From an uncultured Opitutales bacterium (GTDB taxonomy: Bacteria > Verrucomicrobiota > Verrucomicrobiia > Opitutales > CAJWYM01), in assembly GCA_963924785.1 (NCBI GenBank), contig CAWUTK010000076.1, forward strand, positions 1 to 47,390: DNA of 47,390 nt, written 5' to 3'. Both the position numbers and the translations under genes were made by a program. Positions 36,815 through 46,423 of this stretch are shown here, piece after piece. Numbering within the stretch: the first letter of the stretch is position 1; the number at the start of each line of letters is the position of its first letter. The notes beneath the pieces are model-generated. The model was not told the DNA's origin. It made no database searches and saw only the letters and a program-made list of their open reading frames with translations.

Positions 36815-38104
36815 TCAAAAAATTGCGGTTACCGGTTTCCCTTTGTTCCCTACCGTAAACGGTCTTCCAGAAGGGGAGTATACTATTTCTTCCAAGGGAA
36901 GTCCTAATGCATATCCAATAGTTGCATTGAAGTCATTAACGCTAACTGAATTTTCGGCAACTTCGTTTCCTATTTCATCGCTGGCCCCATAAACTTGACC
37001 GCCTTGAACTCCACCTCCTGCAAGAAGGCATGAAAAGACTTTTGGATGATGGTTTCGACCAAGATCACTACTGATTTCAGGGGATCGCCCAAATTCCGTG
37101 GAAACAACAACAAGTGTTTCATCAAGCATTCCTCTACGTTCTAAATCTAATAAAAGTGTAGAAAGTGCCGTGTCTAAAGCTTCACACTGAACTTCAATTC
37201 GGTTGAAATTATCATTATGCGTGTCCCATCCGCCATAATTTACTTCAACATAGCGAACATCATGTTCGATTAAGCGTCTTGCGAGTAAGCAACCTTGGCC
37301 TAATTTTGAAGGGCCATAGGCGGCTTTAATTTCCTTAGGTTCTTTTGTGATATCAAATGCATTAAGGTCTTCGCTTTTCATGAGGGTTAATGCTTCGGTA
37401 TAGGCGTCACTGTAGGCTCGAACTTCTTTATATTTGTATTCTTTGTGAAAGGAAGTGTCGATCCATTCAGATAAATTGAGTCTAGTTTCAAATTGTTTTA
37501 CGGGGATGTTTTTATTTCGTTTACTGTTGGCTAAACCTTCCGACGGGTTACCAATGGTTAGTGGCCCGAATTTTTCTTCAAAAAACCCTGCACCTCCAGG
37601 GGCATTATTCCCGCCATTTATTCGGATGTTACCAGGTATGCTTGAATTGGTTCGCCCAGAAAGCTTGTTGAGCCATGAGCCCATGCCAGGGTGAGTGATG
37701 GTCCCCCTTTTGATATAGCCTGTCTTCATGAAGTAAGCACCTTGGGCATGTGCTCCCTGGGAGGAATTAAGCGACCTGATGATCGCCACTTTATCCATAT
37801 GTTTTGACATTAACGGTAGATATTCTCCGATGAGAATCCCGTCTGCATTAGTTTTTATGGTTTCTACTGGGCCTTGGGCTTCTGTGCCGGGTTTTGGGTC
37901 AAATGTATCAATGTGACTCATGCCTCCGGCCATATATAAATGGATAACATTTCGAGCTTTGGGCTGTTTTCCACTTTCACTTACAGCGGCGATAAGAGAA
38001 TTGTTTTGTAAGCAAGGAAGGAGGCTTACTCCAAGGCATGCTTTTGCGCTATTTGATATGAACCTCCTGCGAGAGATTTCATCCCTTTTATTGAAATTTC
38101 TCAT
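36815..38104 (-). CDS. DUF1501 domain protein (sulfatase-fold-like), Tat signal peptide
   Basis: Twin-arginine motif SRRRFISNSAKACLG. DUF1501-type motifs HLYMAGGMSHIDTFDPKP, GGWDTH, STEFGRSP, LLAGGGVQGGQVYGASD. Confidence 0.85.
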   Translation of the reverse strand: MRNFNKRDEISRRRFISNSAKACLGVSLLPCLQNNSLIAAVSESGKQPKARNVIHLYMAGGMSHIDTFDPKPGTEAQGPVETIKTNADGILIGEYLPLMSKHMDKVAIIRSLNSSQGAHAQGAYFMKTGYIKRGTITHPGMGSWLNKLSGRTNSSIPGNIRINGGNNAPGGAGFFEEKFGPLTIGNPSEGLANSKRNKNIPVKQFETRLNLSEWIDTSFHKEYKYKEVRAYSDAYTEALTLMKSEDLNAFDITKEPKEIKAAYGPSKLGQGCLLARRLIEHDVRYVEVNYGGWDTHNDNFNRIEVQCEALDTALSTLLLDLERRGMLDETLVVVSTEFGRSPEISSDLGRNHHPKVFSCLLAGGGVQGGQVYGASDEIGNEVAENSVSVNDFNATIGYALGLPLEEIVYSPSGRPFTVGNKGKPVTAIF

Positions 38105-38111
38105 AGGGTCT

Positions 38112-40139
38112 TTAGCTGATAAAAATAAATTGATTAGTGTTTAGTAATGCCCAAAAGATATCGAATTGGGATTTACCTCTATTTTCTTTAAGTAACGGTA
38201 ATAGCTTTTTCCTTTCGGCTTCAGTTGGTTTACGAACTAAAACGCCTAGGAAGAGTGTATCTAAGAGTTCATTTAAATCTTGGATCGTTCTCATTTTTCC
38301 ACCTAGTCCAGTTTTTGCATAAATGATTTGGTTGAACATATGACCATTGAGGCGCATGAGAATCTGATTCACATTCGCTTTCTTAGAATTGTTATCGATA
38401 ATTTTTCTGTCGGACTGACCAAATACTTCAATGAAATTTCCCGGGTACATAGGAGAGGGCGACTCTGAAGCGCGGACTAAGTTGTTGCCCAATCCTTTCC
38501 ATTCGCCTTTTTTGTCTTTATAGTATTTTTGTTTGGATTGTTCGCCATAGATCGTGACTTGCATCTCTTTTTTTGCATTTTTTTCTTGTTTTCGTAGTGC
38601 CTTGATTTTTTCTATATCTTGCTCCTTGTCTAAAAGTAAGAGTTCTGAGCGAATGTATTTTCTTTTGGTATAGTATTTTGATTCTGCCTTGTTGATGGCG
38701 ATGAATTTTTCAGCTAATTCGTTGGGAGGAAGTCCCTCTACAATGCTTAATGTTTTTTGTGAAGGGTGCGCTCTTGTGAAATGAAGCCCTTGGCGATTAT
38801 CTAGATTAGGGACTACCATAGTTAAGCATGAATCCCAAATTTGTTCAGCAGTCATTCTTCTTAGAATCGGGCCTGTGAATAAATAGGGTTTAGTGTGATC
38901 TTGTTCGTTAGTGGTAGATTTGCGTTGGTAAACTTTTGTGTTGAGAAGGATGCGCTGAAATGTTTTTAAATCGAAATCATTATCTTTCATAAGTCGAGTT
39001 ATGTAATTTAACAACTCGGTGTTTGAGGGTTTCGTATCTTCACGAATATCATCGACTTCTTTTATAATACCTATGCCGAAAAATTTAGCCCAAATGCGAT
39101 TGGCAATGACTTTAGCGAATAGCGGGTTTTCCTTAGAGGTAAGCCAACGGGAGTAACTTTCAACACGAGTGTCTTTATCGTCTTGTGTTGTATGGGTGTT
39201 TTTTCCAAAAATTGTATGAGGAACGACAAAATCTTTTTTCTTTTTGTTATTAGTGGCATAATCTGTTGGCTTTGGGAGTTTTTTGTTGGTACGATTAACT
39301 CCATATGACAAGGGTCGTGTAAAATTACTAACGGTTCCTTTCAGGGAAATATTTTTCTTTAAGTTAGTCGTTTGTTGTAGAATTTTTCTTGTACTATTTA
39401 GCTTTTGATTTTCCTTTATCGGCATTCTGGAGTTAACACCATAGGTATGTGAGGCCATTCCATAATATTCTTCTTGTGTCCATTTTTCAAATGGGTGGTC
39501 ATGGCATTGCGCGCAAACCAGCTGTGTGCCTAAAAAGGCTTGAATGGTATTAGATGCATTATCAAGTTCCATACCAGGATCTCGGAGGTAATAGCCCGTT
39601 GCTCCGTTTTCCCAAGGGTATCCCTCTGCCAACAACATACTTTTAACAATTTTGTCATACGGCATATTTGATCGTATGGCCTCTTTGATCCATTTTGCAT
39701 AGTAGTAGGCATCGCCACCAGTATTAATATTTCCTGTGGTAGTGATCCTCAACAAGTCTGCCCAAAATGTATACTGGTGACTCACGTAACCTTCTGAATC
39801 GAGTAATTTGTCTATTAACGATCTTCGTTTATTGGGGGATTTATTATCTAAGAAGGAAAGACTTTCTTCGTAAGTTGGAATTCTACCAATTGTATCGAGA
39901 TATATTCGTTTTAAGAATGCGGTATCTGAAAGGGGCGGGTTTAATTTAGCCGAATTTTTCTTTAGATCTTTTTGGATTATTAGATCTATTTTTGTGCTAT
40001 ACTCAAAATGCTTAGCCTCTTTTTTTACAGGTTTAACTGGAGAATGAGGCTTAGGGCTTTGTCCAGATAGATTTGCCATATTTCCTATAAGGAATATGAG
40101 CAAGAGATAATGAAGTTTTATAAAAAGAGGGTAATGCAT
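38112..40139 (-). CDS. DUF1549 / DUF1553 domain protein (PSD1-type), no N-terminal cytochrome domain
   Basis: Signal-like N-terminus. DUF1549 motif FLKRIYLDTIGRIPTYEE. A central LVCAQCHDHPFEKWTQEEYYGMA motif, typical of DUF1549/DUF1553 (PSD1-type) proteins. C-terminal LLNTNQFIF. Stops 7 nt before the DUF1501 gene. Confidence 0.85.
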   Translation of the reverse strand: MHYPLFIKLHYLLLIFLIGNMANLSGQSPKPHSPVKPVKKEAKHFEYSTKIDLIIQKDLKKNSAKLNPPLSDTAFLKRIYLDTIGRIPTYEESLSFLDNKSPNKRRSLIDKLLDSEGYVSHQYTFWADLLRITTTGNINTGGDAYYYAKWIKEAIRSNMPYDKIVKSMLLAEGYPWENGATGYYLRDPGMELDNASNTIQAFLGTQLVCAQCHDHPFEKWTQEEYYGMASHTYGVNSRMPIKENQKLNSTRKILQQTTNLKKNISLKGTVSNFTRPLSYGVNRTNKKLPKPTDYATNNKKKKDFVVPHTIFGKNTHTTQDDKDTRVESYSRWLTSKENPLFAKVIANRIWAKFFGIGIIKEVDDIREDTKPSNTELLNYITRLMKDNDFDLKTFQRILLNTKVYQRKSTTNEQDHTKPYLFTGPILRRMTAEQIWDSCLTMVVPNLDNRQGLHFTRAHPSQKTLSIVEGLPPNELAEKFIAINKAESKYYTKRKYIRSELLLLDKEQDIEKIKALRKQEKNAKKEMQVTIYGEQSKQKYYKDKKGEWKGLGNNLVRASESPSPMYPGNFIEVFGQSDRKIIDNNSKKANVNQILMRLNGHMFNQIIYAKTGLGGKMRTIQDLNELLDTLFLGVLVRKPTEAERKKLLPLLKENRGKSQFDIFWALLNTNQFIFIS

Positions 40140-40208
40140 ATAAAAGTACTAATATAGTTATAGTACTAGATAACGCAGAGTTCTAGGAAATATTGCAAAA
40201 AACCGAAA

Positions 40209-40628
40209 TTAATCGATATTTAAGGGTTTTTTCCCATAATCAGCAGTCACTTTGATTGCAATTCCGCCTCTAACTGCAAAATCACCTTGAACCTGTATCC
40301 ATTTAGGCCTTAGGGCTTTAACGAGGTCGTCTAAAATTGTGTTAATAACATGTTCGTGAAAAGACCCTTCATTTCGAAATGACCAAAGATATAGTTTCAA
40401 CGATTTGGATTCGACGATTTTTGTTTTTGGAACGTATCGAATCGCAATTAGAGCGAAATCAGGTTGACCGGTTGCTGGGCACAAGCAGGTAAATTCATCT
40501 GTTGTTAATTCGACTAAATAATTTCTACTAGGATTTTTATTAGGAAATGTCTCTAGTTTTTTAGAAGCAGTGGTTGCCCCTGTTCCTAATTCTTTAAGGC
40601 TACTCGTCCCTGTTTTTTTATTTTTCAT
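40209..40628 (-). CDS. queF: NADPH-dependent 7-cyano-7-deazaguanine (preQ0) reductase, type I
   Basis: FTCLCPATGQPDFA (catalytic Cys) and the QueF motif ESKSLKLYLWSFRNEG. 139 aa. Confidence 0.9.
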   Translation of the reverse strand: MKNKKTGTSSLKELGTGATTASKKLETFPNKNPSRNYLVELTTDEFTCLCPATGQPDFALIAIRYVPKTKIVESKSLKLYLWSFRNEGSFHEHVINTILDDLVKALRPKWIQVQGDFAVRGGIAIKVTADYGKKPLNID

Positions 40629-41922
40629 TATCTAAAAAGTTACCATTATTGTAAATCAGTTTACCGTTAATGATGGTTTGTTTAACAACGCCTCTTAAGC
40701 TTTCACCAATCCATGGCGAATTGTTAGATTTACTAAAGAATGAATTTTCATCAATAAGCCGTTCTTCATCTGGATCAAAAATACATATATCTGCATCGCT
40801 TCCAGCGGAAAGATTGCCTTTTTTAAGATTGATGATTTCTGCCGGTCTTTTTGAAAGGAGGTCGATGGTTGTCGCGAGATTTGCTTTTTTAGAATGATAT
40901 AGAATTTCTAAGCAAGCACTTAAACTTGTTTCGAGTCCAATGGCTCCAAAAGGGGCGAGATCAAATTCTACATTTTTTTCATCTTGTACATGAGGGCTAT
41001 GATTTGAGCCAATACAATCAATTGTTCCATCAAGAATACCTTCAATTAAAGACAGTCGGTCTGCTTCAGATCGAATAGGCGGGGTTACTTTAAAATTAGT
41101 ATTATAGCCTAAAAGCGATTCATCGTTGAAAAAGAGATGGTGCGGTGTTGTCTCTGCAGATATGCTGACACCTCTTTGTTTTGCCCTGCGAATAATGTCG
41201 ACTGCATTCCCTGATGATACTGATTGTAGATGAATGTGCGCTTTAGTGTAAGTTGCTAAAATAACATTTCGAGAAACAATAATGTCTTCTGCTGCATTTG
41301 GCCATCCGCTTAAACCTAGACGAAGGGAAATGGGGCCCTCGTTCATTACTCCTTGGTCAGAAAGATTTCTATCTTGGCAGTGATCTAATATTACCATGTT
41401 GAACATGTTCGCATATTCAACGGCACGTCTCATGAGTTCATTATTGTGAACAGAGTAGGTTCCGTTACTGATAGCAACAGCTCCGGCTTTTTGCAGAGAG
41501 CCGATAGGGGCTAAGGAGTTTTCTTCAAGTTCTTTTGTTATGGCACCAGTAGGGTATGCATTGATGACGGCGTTTTGTTCAATGATGTTTTTAACATATT
41601 GGACGGCGCCGATATTATCACAAGGAGGGTTGGTTGTTGGTTTGCATAATATACTGGTAAACCCGCCTGCACAGGCAGCTCTTGTTCCGCTGGCCATATC
41701 TTCTTTGTGAGTGTTCCCAGGTTCGCATACATCCACATTTAGGTCCACTAGGCCAGGTGAAACAACTAGGCCATTCGCTTTGATTATTTGGGCACTTGCT
41801 TTTTGATCTTTTGAAAGGCTTGGGACGATTTTACCGTTGAGTGAAAATAGATCATCGATGCAGTCTCTTTGAGCCTTGGGGTCGATGACTCGACCCCCTT
41901 TTATCCATAGTGTTTTATCCAT
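40618..41922 (-). CDS. pyrC: Dihydroorotase-like protein, predicted non-catalytic (PyrC'-type)
   Basis: Clear type-I DHOase homology (WIKGGRVIDP, AETTPHHL, NFKVTPPIRS, IEGILDGTIDCIG, APFGAIGLET). The HxH metal site reads DLNVDV, the HVxHVS site reads HLQSVS, and the catalytic DHAPH site reads NHSPH. Confidence 0.85.
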   Translation of the reverse strand: MDKTLWIKGGRVIDPKAQRDCIDDLFSLNGKIVPSLSKDQKASAQIIKANGLVVSPGLVDLNVDVCEPGNTHKEDMASGTRAACAGGFTSILCKPTTNPPCDNIGAVQYVKNIIEQNAVINAYPTGAITKELEENSLAPIGSLQKAGAVAISNGTYSVHNNELMRRAVEYANMFNMVILDHCQDRNLSDQGVMNEGPISLRLGLSGWPNAAEDIIVSRNVILATYTKAHIHLQSVSSGNAVDIIRRAKQRGVSISAETTPHHLFFNDESLLGYNTNFKVTPPIRSEADRLSLIEGILDGTIDCIGSNHSPHVQDEKNVEFDLAPFGAIGLETSLSACLEILYHSKKANLATTIDLLSKRPAEIINLKKGNLSAGSDADICIFDPDEERLIDENSFFSKSNNSPWIGESLRGVVKQTIINGKLIYNNGNFLDNEK

Positions 41923-41933
41923 CGTAAAATAGT

Positions 41934-42872
41934 TTAAGCAGTGGACGCATTAGAGCATAAATAGAGAACGGCCATTCTGACGGCAATTCCATTGGTTACT
42001 TGTTCAAGAATCACTGATTGGCTGCTATCGGCTAAATCAGAATCGATTTCTACGCCGCGGTTGATTGGTCCAGGATGCATGATGACTGCATCTTTTTTAA
42101 GCCATGATGACCGCGTTTTGTTTAGGCCAAACATACTTGTGTATTCGCCAAGTGAAGGAAAGTGAATGGCTGATTGGCGTTCGTGCTGGATGCGTAATAG
42201 CATAACAGCATCTGCGTCTTCGAGTGCAGATTTTAAATCATGAGAAACGGTTACGCCAAATGAACTGAAGTCTTCTGGGACAAGTGTTGATGGTCCGGCA
42301 ACCGTGACTTTGGCGCCGAGTTTTGTCATGGCCCATATGTTTGATCGAGCAACACGGCTGAATAGAATATCGCCAAGGATAGTTATCTTTTTTCCTGCTA
42401 AGTTCCCGAATTTTTGTGTTAAAGTAAAGCAATCCAGAAGAGCTTGTGTTGGATGTTCGTGGGCACCATCGCCAGCATTAATAATTGGTAAATCAATCAT
42501 TTTTGCTAAAAAATCGGGAGATCCTGCTGCTTTATGGCGAAGAATTATCATGTCTGCTTTGAGAGCCTGGATATTCAATGCGGTATCCCTTAATGTTTCT
42601 CCCTTAACAAGACTACTGGCATCATTATTGATGGTTATGACGTCAGCACTTAATCGTGTGGCTGCAACTTCAAATGCAACGCGTGTTCTCGTGCTTGGTT
42701 CTAAAAAAAGATTTACTACTGTTTTACCCTTTAACGAAGGAAGTTTCTTAACCTTTCGATCCATTGTTTGGCGAAAGGAAGAGGCCGTTTCAAAAATGAT
42801 TTCAATTTCTTCCTTACTAAGGCGTTCAATGTCTATTAGGTCTTTACGAATCCATTTATCTGCAGTGCTCAT
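41934..42872 (-). CDS. pyrB: Aspartate carbamoyltransferase catalytic subunit
   Basis: FLEPSTRTRVAFE, RHKAAG, GDGAHEHPTQALLD, HPGPINRGVEI. 312 aa. Confidence 0.94.
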   Translation of the reverse strand: MSTADKWIRKDLIDIERLSKEEIEIIFETASSFRQTMDRKVKKLPSLKGKTVVNLFLEPSTRTRVAFEVAATRLSADVITINNDASSLVKGETLRDTALNIQALKADMIILRHKAAGSPDFLAKMIDLPIINAGDGAHEHPTQALLDCFTLTQKFGNLAGKKITILGDILFSRVARSNIWAMTKLGAKVTVAGPSTLVPEDFSSFGVTVSHDLKSALEDADAVMLLRIQHERQSAIHFPSLGEYTSMFGLNKTRSSWLKKDAVIMHPGPINRGVEIDSDLADSSQSVILEQVTNGIAVRMAVLYLCSNASTA

Positions 42873-43405
42873 TTTGAGATTACTTGTATACTATCCTTTG
42901 ATTGTTCTTCAGTATTGCTATGAAGTAGCACCATTACCTGATCGGTTGGGTTTGTGTCGATTTTAAAACCACAATAATCAGGTTGTATCGGGAGATCGCG
43001 ATGACCTCGATCAACTAATGTCACGAGTTCAACGGTTTGAGGCCTGCCTTGGTCAAATACTTCATTGATAGCCGCACGAACACTTCTTCCCGTGAACATG
43101 ACGTCGTCGATAATGATTAGGGCACTGTTTTCAATTTTATCGAGAATAGTGCTTGCCGATGATTTTGGAATAGGGTTGTCGGATAGGTCATCTCTATGAA
43201 ATGAGATGTTGATTATACCGTGTTCAAGCACCTTGCCCAATTGCTTGTTTAATATTTCTACTAGGCGTTCACTTAAAACAATTCCGCCGTTTGCAATTCC
43301 TGCGATAACTATTTTTTCAGTTTTTTGATGCTTTTCAACGATAGATGAAGCGAGTCGTTCTATCGCTTTTTGAATTTCATTAGGTGTTATCGAATTAGTT
43401 GGCAT
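42869..43405 (-). CDS. pyrR: PyrR (pyrimidine operon regulator / uracil phosphoribosyltransferase family)
   Basis: 178 aa with the PRPP-binding loop LIIIDDVMFTGRSVRAA and IAGIANGGIVLSERL. Overlaps pyrB by 4 nt. Confidence 0.9.
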   Translation of the reverse strand: MPTNSITPNEIQKAIERLASSIVEKHQKTEKIVIAGIANGGIVLSERLVEILNKQLGKVLEHGIINISFHRDDLSDNPIPKSSASTILDKIENSALIIIDDVMFTGRSVRAAINEVFDQGRPQTVELVTLVDRGHRDLPIQPDYCGFKIDTNPTDQVMVLLHSNTEEQSKDSIQVISK

Positions 43406-43419
43406 GTATGAAAATCGAG

Positions 43420-45048
43420 TTATTTATTGGAACTACCCTTGCTCATGAGTTCCGATATGAATGCTTGATTGGAGATGTAAGAATACATTGATTGGAGTTG
43501 TTTATCTTTTACATCCATAAATTCTGTTAAGGTTTCTTCACTTGCAGCTTCAACTGACTTCAAGTGAATGAAGTTTCCATTTTCCTTGAGTGTTATCATG
43601 TCTGAGATTTCACCGACTGAAACGTTCATTGATTCAGATAAGAGCTGTCGATCCAATTCTTTTGGAGCATCATTGAACGTGTATTTTTCTTGAATACGGT
43701 ATGTTAGCTGCAATGTTTCAGCGACTTCTTTTAGTGATTTCCCTTCAAGAATTGCTGTTGAAAGCTTTTCCTTTATTTCTTTTCCAAATTCGGAGAAAAG
43801 TGTTTTCTTTTGTTCTTTTTTATAATCAGTTACCACCTCTTCTTTGATGGCACTGAGTTCTGGAATCGACGGTTTAATGATGCCATTGAGGAACATTAGG
43901 ATAAATCCTTTCTCTGAAGGATAAGCATCTGTGAAATATTGCTTCTCAGTTAAATTGAAAACACTTTTCAAGGCTTCGGCCGAAAGCATTTTACTTACCG
44001 GCAAGGAACCTTCGCCGTATGCATTTATTTGATGAAGCGTTAAATCGTTTGTTTTAAGATAAGCGTTAAATAAGTCGGAATCTAACCCTATGGCTTGATC
44101 GAACAATTGATAAGCGATATCACTTGCAAAGGCCTGTGTTGGCTGTTTCGCGTTATTGATCAAAAAGTCTGTTGTTACCTTTATGATGGTCTTTTCATTT
44201 AGATCAGCGTAACTGAGTGGTTTTACAGCACCTTCGGCAGCGTCTATGGGATAGTTGCTCTCGTTGGCTAAGAAATAACGAAATATTTCTTGTTCAGTTG
44301 GAGCCTTTGTCTTGTCTATGAATCTTCCGTAAGGAATTAAGCAGTAGGAGGCTTTTCGAAGTTCCGCTGTTTCGTAGTTAATTGAATTTTCTTCATAGTA
44401 GTCCGTGATATTTTCTTCGATAATTTCTATTTCTGGAGAATATGCGGCGTATGACAACTCTAAGAATTCAGCTGTTCTTATTGCATGTTCTCGTTTTGTT
44501 TCTAAAGCAATTTCTTCGTCTAATACTAGGCCTTTCATAAACAATGCATTGGCAACGAAATTAATACGATAATCGCTTTCTAGGACTGAAGGAATTCGGT
44601 TTTCATCAAGGCGGGGATCACTTTTTATTAGATCGATGACTTCAGTATATTTTTCAGGACTGAAAGATCCATCTTCACCTTTCATTGGATAGAGGCTCGA
44701 AACGTGATTTTGGATTTGGTCGAGGTTTGGATGGGGGATGTTAAGTTCATCCGCTAGATGTAGCAGTGCAATACGGCGTAAAACATCAGTCTCAACTCCT
44801 TGTTGGAAATAGGGTCTTCTGCCAGTGCTAAGAATGCTGCTTGTAATCACATCTTTGACAATCTCATCGATGACTTTTTGTGAATTAAGGTTTATCCCAT
44901 AATAATCCTGGAACCCTCCTTTTTCTTTTTCTACCAAACCTGGTGCGCTTCCGATTGTAAACACGAATGCGATTACGATAATTATTAGAAGGAAGAGGAA
45001 AACCCATCTCCCGCCTTTTTCAAGTAGTTGTTGTATCCAGTTAATCAT
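43420..45048 (-). CDS. PpiD/SurA-like membrane-anchored periplasmic chaperone
   Basis: N-terminal anchor (WVFLFLLIIIVIAFVF), a long helical SurA_N-like region, and a degenerate parvulin-like C-terminal stretch (VGEISDMITLKENGNFIHLKSV). The assignment rests on architecture and is weaker than the others. Confidence 0.5.
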   Translation of the reverse strand: MINWIQQLLEKGGRWVFLFLLIIIVIAFVFTIGSAPGLVEKEKGGFQDYYGINLNSQKVIDEIVKDVITSSILSTGRRPYFQQGVETDVLRRIALLHLADELNIPHPNLDQIQNHVSSLYPMKGEDGSFSPEKYTEVIDLIKSDPRLDENRIPSVLESDYRINFVANALFMKGLVLDEEIALETKREHAIRTAEFLELSYAAYSPEIEIIEENITDYYEENSINYETAELRKASYCLIPYGRFIDKTKAPTEQEIFRYFLANESNYPIDAAEGAVKPLSYADLNEKTIIKVTTDFLINNAKQPTQAFASDIAYQLFDQAIGLDSDLFNAYLKTNDLTLHQINAYGEGSLPVSKMLSAEALKSVFNLTEKQYFTDAYPSEKGFILMFLNGIIKPSIPELSAIKEEVVTDYKKEQKKTLFSEFGKEIKEKLSTAILEGKSLKEVAETLQLTYRIQEKYTFNDAPKELDRQLLSESMNVSVGEISDMITLKENGNFIHLKSVEAASEETLTEFMDVKDKQLQSMYSYISNQAFISELMSKGSSNK

Positions 45049-45458
45049 TTTTTTATGAATTTGATAGGTTGTGGAAAGTTTTTACGTGGAATGCCACCTT
45101 TTTGAAATTGCCCCTTTTTGAGAATGACAAGCTTGTAAAGGGCAATGTAGTCGTCCTTAGTATGAAAATAGTATTTTTTGTTATCTGAATCAGACCGAAT
45201 TTGGATAAGTAGATCGTCTGGGTAAGATGCTTCCCAGTCACCCTCGAGTGTTTTATTATTTATTAGGTCTTCTTGAGCGGCATGACCTCCGGGTGATAAA
45301 ATGAAATTACAAGGAATACTTCCTATTCCATACGCTTTATCAATAGGAATTTCTCCGTGATAAGTTCCATTTGGTTTTTTTGCACAAGCAGAAAGGAGGA
45401 TAATCGCGAATAGGAGGCAATTTATTTTTAAAAACCGAGTGAGTGTGTGAGTATTCAT
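45045..45458 (-). CDS. Hypothetical lipoprotein carrying one copy of the GGHA module
   Basis: Lipobox LLSAC. GTYHGEIP...FILSPGGHAAQ...EGDWEASY...YYFHTKDDYIALYKL resembles the module repeated in the upstream gene. 4-nt overlaps with both neighbours. Confidence 0.55.
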   Translation of the reverse strand: MNTHTLTRFLKINCLLFAIILLSACAKKPNGTYHGEIPIDKAYGIGSIPCNFILSPGGHAAQEDLINNKTLEGDWEASYPDDLLIQIRSDSDNKKYYFHTKDDYIALYKLVILKKGQFQKGGIPRKNFPQPIKFIKK

Positions 45459-46423
45459 AAATTTGAAAAGTCGTGTGTTTGTTTAGGATTTCTTTTTCTT
45501 AAAAAAAAAACGTTACGATTTCTAATGTCGATTCTATCAGTGATTTCATTAAAGTTTTTGATAGGGTGAATCCATTTTTCAAGAAGCTTTAATCTATCGT
45601 TCTTTGCATCAAAGTAAAACACATATGTCCAAGTGTTAATATTTTTTGATTTTTGACGAAATTCTTTAGTTGTTTTTAGTTGAATATGAAAAATACCATC
45701 AGTATTTATTTCACCTCCTACCGTTATGGGTGCTTCGAATTTTTCCCAATCGCCGTAGGCGTAGTCTGTCCCTACTATATCGTTTGTTTCGTTTTTCTCC
45801 TCAAAAACCCACCACGCTTGTCCGCCATGCCTAAATTCAAGGCTTTCGTCACCGAGGATATCTGGGAAATTATTTGTATCTAGCGAGTAGTATCCAAAGG
45901 GGAATTTGGGAGGAACAGTACTGGCATATTTTGTTAAATCTATTTTCTCAGGGCTTTCTTTGCTGAGAACTTTATCTTTGTTATAGTAAATTATGTTGAG
46001 ATTTTCGATATTTTTCTTTTCTCGAATGTCTCCTGCATGCCTGGGGTTATTATCCGGTGCATAGATCCATCGTTCCTTAAGCAGTAGGCTATCTTCAACA
46101 GGATCATATTTGAATAAATAAGCCCAACGACCGGATTGTATGCTAGAATAAAAAGTGTGGATGAATTCCCCTTGTTTTTTAAAATCGCCGTGAGATCTTC
46201 CAATAACTCGCCCATCTTGTATTATTTTCCACCAAGCATGACCCCCAAAGCGAAATTCGAGAAATTCATGACCAAAATAATCGTAATTAGACCCTGCTGG
46301 TATAAAGTAATATCCACGAGGGTAGTGTTGACGATAAATTTTATATGTGCCCCATCCACCAGAGAAAAGGACAACGAGAATAAGAAGGGGGGCTAATGTT
46401 CTGATTGTTTGCTTAACACTCAT
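45455..46423 (-). CDS. Hypothetical membrane-anchored protein with an internally duplicated GGHAWW module
   Basis: N-terminal TM (LAPLLILVVLFSGGWG). Two copies of about 110 aa: GYYFIP...LEFRFGGHAWWKI...WAYLFKYDPVEDSLLLKERWIYAP and GYYSLD...LEFRHGGQAWWVF...WTYVFYFDAKNDRLKLLEKWIHP. Confidence 0.55.
   Translation of the reverse strand: MSVKQTIRTLAPLLILVVLFSGGWGTYKIYRQHYPRGYYFIPAGSNYDYFGHEFLEFRFGGHAWWKIIQDGRVIGRSHGDFKKQGEFIHTFYSSIQSGRWAYLFKYDPVEDSLLLKERWIYAPDNNPRHAGDIREKKNIENLNIIYYNKDKVLSKESPEKIDLTKYASTVPPKFPFGYYSLDTNNFPDILGDESLEFRHGGQAWWVFEEKNETNDIVGTDYAYGDWEKFEAPITVGGEINTDGIFHIQLKTTKEFRQKSKNINTWTYVFYFDAKNDRLKLLEKWIHPIKNFNEITDRIDIRNRNVFFLRKRNPKQTHDFSNL

Noticed and set aside
40145-40167. Inverted repeat AGTACTA-N9-TAGTACT between queF and the DUF1549/1553 gene
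   Set aside because: It is a short, entirely A/T-dominated 7-bp stem in an AT-rich spacer. It could be a weak queF terminator or an RBS-occluding hairpin, but it is indistinguishable from chance.
42304-42966. 220-aa plus-strand ORF
   Set aside because: It is entirely antisense to pyrB/pyrR, whose products carry unmistakable motifs. The product is Ser/Arg/Leu-rich, typical of an antisense shadow.
43406-43419. PyrR-binding attenuator upstream of pyrR/pyrB
   Set aside because: Only 14 nt separate pyrR from the preceding gene, and pyrB overlaps pyrR. I saw no UCCAGAGAGG-type loop here.
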